Shown one piece after another: positions 57,815 to 64,000 of a DNA stretch of 64,000 bases. Position 1 is the stretch's first letter. Each line of letters opens with the position of its first letter. The position numbers and the translations under genes are program-made. The notes below the pieces were generated by a model. That model searched no databases. It was not told where the DNA came from and worked only from the letters and a program-made list of their open reading frames with translations. This stretch comes from an uncultured Candidatus Saccharibacteria bacterium. GTDB taxonomy: Bacteria; Patescibacteriota; Doudnabacteria; UBA920. Where the stretch lies: positions 2,772-66,771 of the forward strand of contig CAZHIA010000005.1 in assembly GCA_964532425.1 (NCBI GenBank), read 5' to 3'.

Positions 57815-58495
57815 CTATTCTATCGTCGTTCCAATATACGCCTTGCCTTTTAATATATTTTCCAGGTTCTTAAGGTTTGTCCCGTTAGCCACAATCACGC
57901 GCTGTTTGTTCTTCTGGGCTGTTTTGGCCGCAGTCGGATCGAATGGAGTTTTTCTGCCAGGCTCCCACTGGCCGCCAAAACGAGTATTGAATTCTTTCCA
58001 GGTCAGGCGTTCAATCTTCTGCGCGTCCGGAAACTCTTTGGGATTTTTATCATACACATAATCTACATCGCTCAAATTGACGATCGTGGTCGCACTGTAG
58101 GCCTTGGCAAGCCTGACTGCATCATCATCCGTGCTCCGGCCCGGCTTCCAGCCGCCAGCGATTAACACTTTTTCCTTGAACGCGACTTTACTATTCGGGT
58201 CTTCCACGATAGTCTTGTGCGCGAGCTTGCCAAACGCCAATCTGACCAGCTGGGCGTTGAACCGGGTCGCAAAAATTCCCATCCAATCCAATTCATCATT
58301 GGAAGCCTTAATGAGGCCAGATAAGGCTGTTTGATACTCACGTGCCGGCTTGCCTCCACCGATAATCAGAATGAACCGGTCCCCTGTCCTGGCGAGTTTC
58401 TCGATCAGCTGTTTGAAATTTTTTATGAAGGATGTGTCTATTTGCCCTGGGTTCACAAGCGAACCGCCTACGGAAATGACAAATGTGTTTTTCAT
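57815..58495 (-). CDS. pyrH: UMP kinase (archaeal-like short type)
   Basis: VISVGGS, IIGGGK.AR, DWMGI.ATR.NA, PGRSTD, PFDPTA. Confidence 0.92.
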   Translation of the reverse strand: MKNTFVISVGGSLVNPGQIDTSFIKNFKQLIEKLARTGDRFILIIGGGKPAREYQTALSGLIKASNDELDWMGIFATRFNAQLVRLAFGKLAHKTIVEDPNSKVAFKEKVLIAGGWKPGRSTDDDAVRLAKAYSATTIVNLSDVDYVYDKNPKEFPDAQKIERLTWKEFNTRFGGQWEPGRKTPFDPTAAKTAQKNKQRVIVANGTNLKNLENILKGKAYIGTTIE

Positions 58496-59484
58496 GGTGT
58501 GCTAGTGGCTTTAATTTCTATAGTATCTACAGTGGATGATGCCGCAGTGAGCGGCGGAGCCGCTATCTGCGTGCAGCTGCTTCCTTTGGTGCACAGGTAT
58601 CCCCTGTTGTTAAACCGCATATCAATGTAATCATAATTGTTTTTTTGGTCATCAGGCAAGTTGGCATAGAGCAGCCGCAAATTCGCCAGAACTTTTTCCA
58701 TATCACTCTTGCGATCAAAGAGCAATCGCCTGTTATTCGGCAGGTTGGCGGTAATATCAATACTATCGGCATTTTCCAGGGAGAATGATGCCACTTGCGA
58801 ACCGATAATGGCCGGGAGCCGGGTATTGAGCGTCTGTAGCAGGCCTGCCAGATCGTCTGCCACAAAATGACTGTTCAGGAATAACGACTCCTCGCCAGGG
58901 AGTGTGATGGTAATCAGGCTGCTGTGAGGCGAGGTTGTTGTTGTCGCGGGTACCGATTCCTGAACATACCCGTCGGCTGAGATAATATATTGAGCATCAG
59001 AAGTCCTGGCAAAAAATTTGCTGATTCTCGGCTGGATTGATATTTCTATTGAATTCGGGAACTTTTTTCGGATCGAATTGACTGCAAGAATGCCATTGTC
59101 ATTTTCTTTTAAAAATACAGATAGGTGGTGTTTAGACAGGAATAGGATATTCTGCTGGGCTTTGATCCGATTTTCCGAAAAGTAAGTTTGCACAAGTGCC
59201 TGTACGTCTTTTTGCTCCTGGATCTTAAAACCAGTGACTGTTACCTGTTTGATGAAAAGGAAATTCGGAATGTAGACCGCATAAGCCAGACCAAAAACAA
59301 CAACCAGTATGGCAGCCTTAATATACCAAGGTCCAGGTCCAAGGGTTGCCATAAATCGTTCCATTCGCGATTCCGGCACCACATATGGCTGCCTCCGGTA
59401 GTGACGGGCATTCTCAAGCTGGCGCTTGAAGCCAGTTTGCTGGAAACGAAGTCTGGAATTTGATTTGTTTGAATTCCCGATCAT
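58492..59484 (-). CDS. FtsQ/DivIB-like cell division protein
   Basis: Basic N-tail, TM helix, POTRA-like IKQVTVTG...KKFPNSIEI, YIDMRF. Confidence 0.7.
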   Translation of the reverse strand: MIGNSNKSNSRLRFQQTGFKRQLENARHYRRQPYVVPESRMERFMATLGPGPWYIKAAILVVVFGLAYAVYIPNFLFIKQVTVTGFKIQEQKDVQALVQTYFSENRIKAQQNILFLSKHHLSVFLKENDNGILAVNSIRKKFPNSIEISIQPRISKFFARTSDAQYIISADGYVQESVPATTTTSPHSSLITITLPGEESLFLNSHFVADDLAGLLQTLNTRLPAIIGSQVASFSLENADSIDITANLPNNRRLLFDRKSDMEKVLANLRLLYANLPDDQKNNYDYIDMRFNNRGYLCTKGSSCTQIAAPPLTAASSTVDTIEIKATSTP

Positions 59485-59590
59485 AGTATGCCAATCTACA
59501 GATATGCACAAATATACAGATAACTACAGATTTTACTGAACAGTATCTGTAGTTATCTGTATATTTGTTACCATCTATATATCTGCATTA

Positions 59591-60847
59591 TTATTTTATC
59601 CATTTTCCATATTGTCGGCACAGCAGCTCCCCGGCGCGCATAGGTTCAGCCATGATCTCTTTGGTAATTTTTTCCATGCGCATGCCTTGGGAACCCTTGA
59701 TCAAGATCGCCGATTCGGGTACGAGAAGGTTTTGGACCGGGTTTTGTGCCTGCTCTGACGTGTCGAGGCTTACAATATGTTCAGGATCAAACCCTGCGTC
59801 TTTTGCTCCGTCAGCTATGAGCTTGCCGCCCTGGCCGACTGTTATCAACTTGGTGATGCCGCTCTCTGCAACTATCTTGCCGATCTGCCGGTGCGCATCA
59901 TCGCTCAATTGACCGAGCTCGAGCATGTCTCCAAGTACGGCAATTTTGTACGGCTGCGGCATATGCGACAATACGGCAAGTGCGGCTTTGGTCGAATCAG
60001 GCGAGGCATTATACGTATCATCCAGAATGACAGTATGTTTAATGCCCGCTATGGCTTGGAGCCTGCCTGGTACGGGCTTGTACTCAGAAAGACCTCGAAG
60101 CAGCAGGTCGGTTTCGACTTTCAAACTTTCGGCTACTGCAATAGCTGCAAGAGCACTGCTGATATGGGCAGTACCAATGGCTTTGATGGAGGCCTCAATG
60201 CTTCTGGTTGGGGTCTGAACTTGGATCTTTGTGGCAAAGCGGCCGTAATCGGCTTCAGAAGAAACTAGTCTAACCTCTGAACTGCTGGCAGAGCCATACG
60301 CCAAAACTTTGGCTTTTGTTTTACCGCGTTGTCTCGCTGCTGCTTCGTTATCCTCATTGACGATTAAATATTCGTCCGGCTCCAGTACTTCGGCGATCCT
60401 TCCTTTTTCGCGCTCAATAGCTTCATTGCTCTGAAAATACTCATAATGTGAAATGCCGATGGTAGTAATAATCGAGATATGGGGTTTGGCGATGGACAGC
60501 AGATGGTTCATGTCTCCAGGCCTGTCGACGCCTAGTTCTAAAACTAAGACTTCCGGATAAGCATGTGGGAATACCTGTAATGAGACAGACTGGGCGAAAA
60601 ATTTGAGCCAAGCCAAAGGGTTCTTGCCGGGCCAGGCCATGCCGAGAATGGTTAGTGGCAAACCGAACTCGTTGTTAAAATTCTTTTCCGGCCGGCGCGC
60701 CTTGAATTTTTGCGAGACCACGGAGTATATTGCCTCTTTGGCCGAGGTCTTGCCCACGCTGCCCGTTATTCCAATAACAACCGGATTATATTTTTGTATA
60801 GTGGATCTGGCGAAGTAGGCGAGAATATTTTGGATATATTTTTTCAT
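59591..60847 (-). CDS. murF: UDP-MurNAc-tripeptide:D-Ala-D-Ala ligase
   Basis: GITGSVGKTSAKE, NNEFGLPLT, DDTYNASP, LGDMLELG, KGSQ. Confidence 0.93.
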   Translation of the reverse strand: MKKYIQNILAYFARSTIQKYNPVVIGITGSVGKTSAKEAIYSVVSQKFKARRPEKNFNNEFGLPLTILGMAWPGKNPLAWLKFFAQSVSLQVFPHAYPEVLVLELGVDRPGDMNHLLSIAKPHISIITTIGISHYEYFQSNEAIEREKGRIAEVLEPDEYLIVNEDNEAAARQRGKTKAKVLAYGSASSSEVRLVSSEADYGRFATKIQVQTPTRSIEASIKAIGTAHISSALAAIAVAESLKVETDLLLRGLSEYKPVPGRLQAIAGIKHTVILDDTYNASPDSTKAALAVLSHMPQPYKIAVLGDMLELGQLSDDAHRQIGKIVAESGITKLITVGQGGKLIADGAKDAGFDPEHIVSLDTSEQAQNPVQNLLVPESAILIKGSQGMRMEKITKEIMAEPMRAGELLCRQYGKWIK

Positions 60848-60949
60848 AAAAATTAGTTCTCTCGCGGATATGCGGATAACACGGACTTCGCGGTCATCGG
60901 CGGTATCTGCGAAGTCCGTGTATCCGTGAGATAACTACTTTACTAAATT

Positions 60950-62290
60950 TTATTTCTTAATCACATCTTTGCCTACAAACGGTTTCAGTACGTCCGGTAC
61001 CACGACTGATCCGTCCTGCTGCTGGTAGTTTTCGAGGATGGCAATCAGAATCCGAGGGCTGGCAATAACGGTGTTATTCAGCGTGAAGACATGTTTGGTT
61101 TTGCCGTCTTGAGTCTTATATTTGATGTTCAAGCGGCGGGCCTGCCAGTCAGTGAGATTTGAATCCGAGTGTGTCTCGCTGAAGGCATTTCTCGACGGCA
61201 TCCAGGTCTCAAGATCGTACATCTTGTACTTGCCCGCACCCATATCTCCCGTGCAAATATTCAAGACGCGGTACGGGAGCTTCAAATCCTGCAGCATTTC
61301 TTCCGCAATCTCACGAAGCGTTTCCAGCCACTTGTCGCCTTCAAGAATATCGGCTTTGCAGAGAATGACTTGTTCGACTTTCATGAATTCATGCACGCGG
61401 TAAATACCCTTGGTGTCCTTGCCGTAGCTGCCGATCTCGCCGCGAAAACAAGGCGAGACTCCGCAGAGCCGGACAGGCAGATCTTTTTCTTCCAGGGTCG
61501 TGTCAGCATAATAAGCTAGCAGGCTCGGCTCAGAGGTACCAGCCAGATACGTTGGTTCGGTTACTCCTTTTTGGATTTCTTCCTCCGTAAGTACTTGGTA
61601 CTGGTCAGCTTTGCCAAACGGAAAATGACCGCTGCCATAGAAGGCGAAGGGTTTATCGAGGATCGGCGGTACCATGAGCGTAAAACCTTTAGCCTGCATT
61701 TTCTTTAAGGCATGCCAAATCAGGCCATACTGCATGAGCACAGCTTCATTTTTGAGATAATAACCCCGAAAACCTGCTGTTTTAACCCCGGCTTCGGTAT
61801 CGATAAGATCGAGCGCTTTACCGAGCGTCATGTGGTCTTTAATCTCGTAGTCGAACTTATTCGGTACCTGTTTGACCTTCTCTTCTTCTTTGGGGTCGAC
61901 ATGGCCTAAAGCAGGGCTCCAGTAGCTCCACGGGACATTGCCGGTTTCGTCTGGACCGATCGGGGTTTCCGGACTCGGAATGTTCGGAACCAAGTACATA
62001 AGGTTATCGAATTCAAGCTCAATTTCGTCCACCTTCTTTTTAAGTTCCGTGGTTTTGGTATCGACTTCCTTCATTTCTAAGAGTTTAGCCTGGCGGTCTT
62101 CGGGGGAGAGTTTGCCAATCTCTTTGGAAAATTGATTCTTAGCTGCCTGCAGGCTTTCCAGTTCCGTGAGCAGGTCGCGCCGTTTTACGTCAACATCGAG
62201 CAGGTGGTCAATGTCAAGATCGATTCGTTTGTTCTTAACAGCTTCTTTGACTTTGTCCGGATTATCGCGGACGAATTTAATGTCTAACAT
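60950..62290 (-). CDS. serS: seryl-tRNA synthetase
   Basis: MLDIKFVR, GTSE, YRVHEFMKVE, TLNNT..ASPR. Confidence 0.97.
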   Translation of the reverse strand: MLDIKFVRDNPDKVKEAVKNKRIDLDIDHLLDVDVKRRDLLTELESLQAAKNQFSKEIGKLSPEDRQAKLLEMKEVDTKTTELKKKVDEIELEFDNLMYLVPNIPSPETPIGPDETGNVPWSYWSPALGHVDPKEEEKVKQVPNKFDYEIKDHMTLGKALDLIDTEAGVKTAGFRGYYLKNEAVLMQYGLIWHALKKMQAKGFTLMVPPILDKPFAFYGSGHFPFGKADQYQVLTEEEIQKGVTEPTYLAGTSEPSLLAYYADTTLEEKDLPVRLCGVSPCFRGEIGSYGKDTKGIYRVHEFMKVEQVILCKADILEGDKWLETLREIAEEMLQDLKLPYRVLNICTGDMGAGKYKMYDLETWMPSRNAFSETHSDSNLTDWQARRLNIKYKTQDGKTKHVFTLNNTVIASPRILIAILENYQQQDGSVVVPDVLKPFVGKDVIKK

Positions 62291-62426
62291 AGTAAGTAGA
62301 AAGTTATCAAGTTATAAAGTAGAAAGAGAAAACAGAATAAAATAATTCAAAATTATTCCCCCACAGGGGAGGTGCGGTCTTTGATTTCGGTTGGAGAAAG
62401 AGTTAGGTTCATGTTGATATACTCGA

Positions 62427-62867
62427 TCACAAATTGAGAAGCTCAACAACTTGTTCGCCTTTTTTGAGCAATGTATAGTTTTGAAGTTCGGAAATTGGGA
62501 TATATCGGAGCTCTGCTATTTTACTGTCAAACTTGTTGGTGTGTAGTTGTCCGCCGATAGCTTTGCATTCATAGCATGCAATGATGGTCTGAATCTGCTC
62601 TCCGGTGTTCTTGGTCCAATTGTTCGTTAAGATTTTGGGGAGCAATCTTATAATCTCCACCTCAAGTCCAGTTTCTTCCTTGGCCTCGCGTATAACGGCA
62701 TCCTCGGGTATCTCGCCAAACTCGATCTTTCCCCCGACAAATTCCCAGGTGTCATGTGCTTCGGAAATGTCAGGATCGATCCTCCGCGCAAGTAGCAAGT
62801 CCCCCTGATCGTTCCGGATTACCGCAATGACAATGGGGATTAGCTTTTGTTCCGTGGTGGAATTCAT
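62427..62867 (-). CDS. NUDIX hydrolase
   Basis: GGKIEFGEIPEDAVIREAKEETGL Nudix box. Confidence 0.92.
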   Translation of the reverse strand: MNSTTEQKLIPIVIAVIRNDQGDLLLARRIDPDISEAHDTWEFVGGKIEFGEIPEDAVIREAKEETGLEVEIIRLLPKILTNNWTKNTGEQIQTIIACYECKAIGGQLHTNKFDSKIAELRYIPISELQNYTLLKKGEQVVELLNL

Positions 62868-62926
62868 GGGTTAAGTAGGATAGATAGGACTTATAGGATG
62901 AATAGAATGCATAAGACTTATTGGCC

Positions 62927-64000
62927 CTATTCGTTGTCCTTCGTAGATTCGTCTATTCGTAGATTCGATATATTCTCTTTCATCGGCGGGAAGATGACGG
63001 TCTCACGTATGGGCTTGTCGGCCAGGAAGGAGAACAGGCGCTGGGACACGCCAAAACCGGCCGCGGGCGGCATACCGTACTCCATGGCTTCCAAATAATC
63101 ATAGTCGATAAATTGTGCTTCCGTATCCCCTGCTTCCCTGCGCTTCATCTGCTCTTCGAACCGGGCACGCTGGTCAATGGGGTCATTGAGCTCGCCGAAA
63201 CCTTTACCGAGTTCAGTACCGTAGGCAATGATCTGGACTCGCTGTACCAGCTTCGGATCTTCAGGATTTTTCTTAGCAAGCGGTTCCAGCTCTATAGGCT
63301 GGTCGATTAAAAAGATCGGTTTGTCGGTCGGTAGCGTCGCGCGGACCTGCTTGAAAATCGTATCTATCAGTTTGCCGCGATGAATAGCCGGATCGTAAGC
63401 AATCTTCTTGGAATCAAGATAATTTTTCAGGTCCTGGTCGCTGGCCTGTTCAAGATCTATACCGGTGTTCTCTTTGAATAGTTTGACATAGCTGACCTTT
63501 TGCCACTGGCCGCTCCAGTCGCATACCATGCCGCGACTGGTTATTCGCAGGGTGCCAAATGTCTTTTCGATAACGTATTGGTACATTTCCTGCAGCATCT
63601 GCATCAGTTTTTCAAAATCGCCGTATGCCCAATAGAATTCCATTTGAGTATAGTCCTGCAGGTGCTCGGTATCAATGCCTTCATTGCGGAAAATGCGGCC
63701 AATTTCAAAAACCTTTTCGTAACCGGCTACAAGCATTTTTTTGAGCGGCAGTTCCAAGCTGATGCGCAGGTAAAAATCGCGGTCTAAGGCATTATGATGC
63801 GTCACAAACGGTTCAGCTTCGGCACCGCCGGGTATTGGCTCCAAAATTGGCATCTCCAATTCCAGAAAACCGCGGTCAACCAAAAATTGCCGCATATAGG
63901 ACCAGAACTGGCTGCGTTTGATGAATAACTCCTTGTTTTCAGGATTTAACAGGATATCCAGATAGCGCTGGCGCAGGCGAATCTCTTCGTCAGTGAGGCC
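62927..64000 (-). CDS. lysS: lysyl-tRNA synthetase class II (5' part outside the window)
   Basis: RYLD, LRISLEL, FRNEG, EYGMPPAAGFG. Confidence 0.96.
   Translation of the reverse strand, partial: GLTDEEIRLRQRYLDILLNPENKELFIKRSQFWSYMRQFLVDRGFLELEMPILEPIPGGAEAEPFVTHHNALDRDFYLRISLELPLKKMLVAGYEKVFEIGRIFRNEGIDTEHLQDYTQMEFYWAYGDFEKLMQMLQEMYQYVIEKTFGTLRITSRGMVCDWSGQWQKVSYVKLFKENTGIDLEQASDQDLKNYLDSKKIAYDPAIHRGKLIDTIFKQVRATLPTDKPIFLIDQPIELEPLAKKNPEDPKLVQRVQIIAYGTELGKGFGELNDPIDQRARFEEQMKRREAGDTEAQFIDYDYLEAMEYGMPPAAGFGVSQRLFSFLADKPIRETVIFPPMKENISNLRIDESTKDNE

Overview
A 64-kb bacterial chromosomal window whose gene content and repeat style point to a Patescibacteria (CPR) genome; that assignment is inference. 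The backbone is housekeeping: rpsB (partial), rpmE, prfA-prmC, rplY, rodA, dnaE, thrS, map, two adk-like genes, a Kef-type antiporter, cysS, dus, dnaB, recR, rplU, a glycosyltransferase cluster, pyrH, ftsQ-like, murF, serS and lysS (partial). Many single orphan ORFs with their own consensus promoters sit between these genes. The standout is an RNA-rich island at about 4.1-11.5 kb. A TROVE/vWA (Ro60/Rsr-type) gene and a long coiled-coil gene lie on the minus strand among several large, highly base-paired non-coding segments. The segment upstream of the TROVE gene holds three copies of a module combining a consensus kink-turn with a GGxUACUUC motif. Two of the copies pair crosswise into a pseudo-symmetric four-way junction. 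Two downstream genes share a uORF plus SD-occluding hairpin element. Two more unexplained promoter-driven structured RNAs lie at 27.5-28.2 kb and 29.6-29.8 kb. Other observations include a four-segment leader-peptide attenuator, a covarying 165-bp MITE-like element in two 5' UTRs, and REP-like palindromes inserted in frame in thrS, dus and prmC. I found no tRNA, rRNA, CRISPR array or transposase. All structures were paired by eye, not computed.
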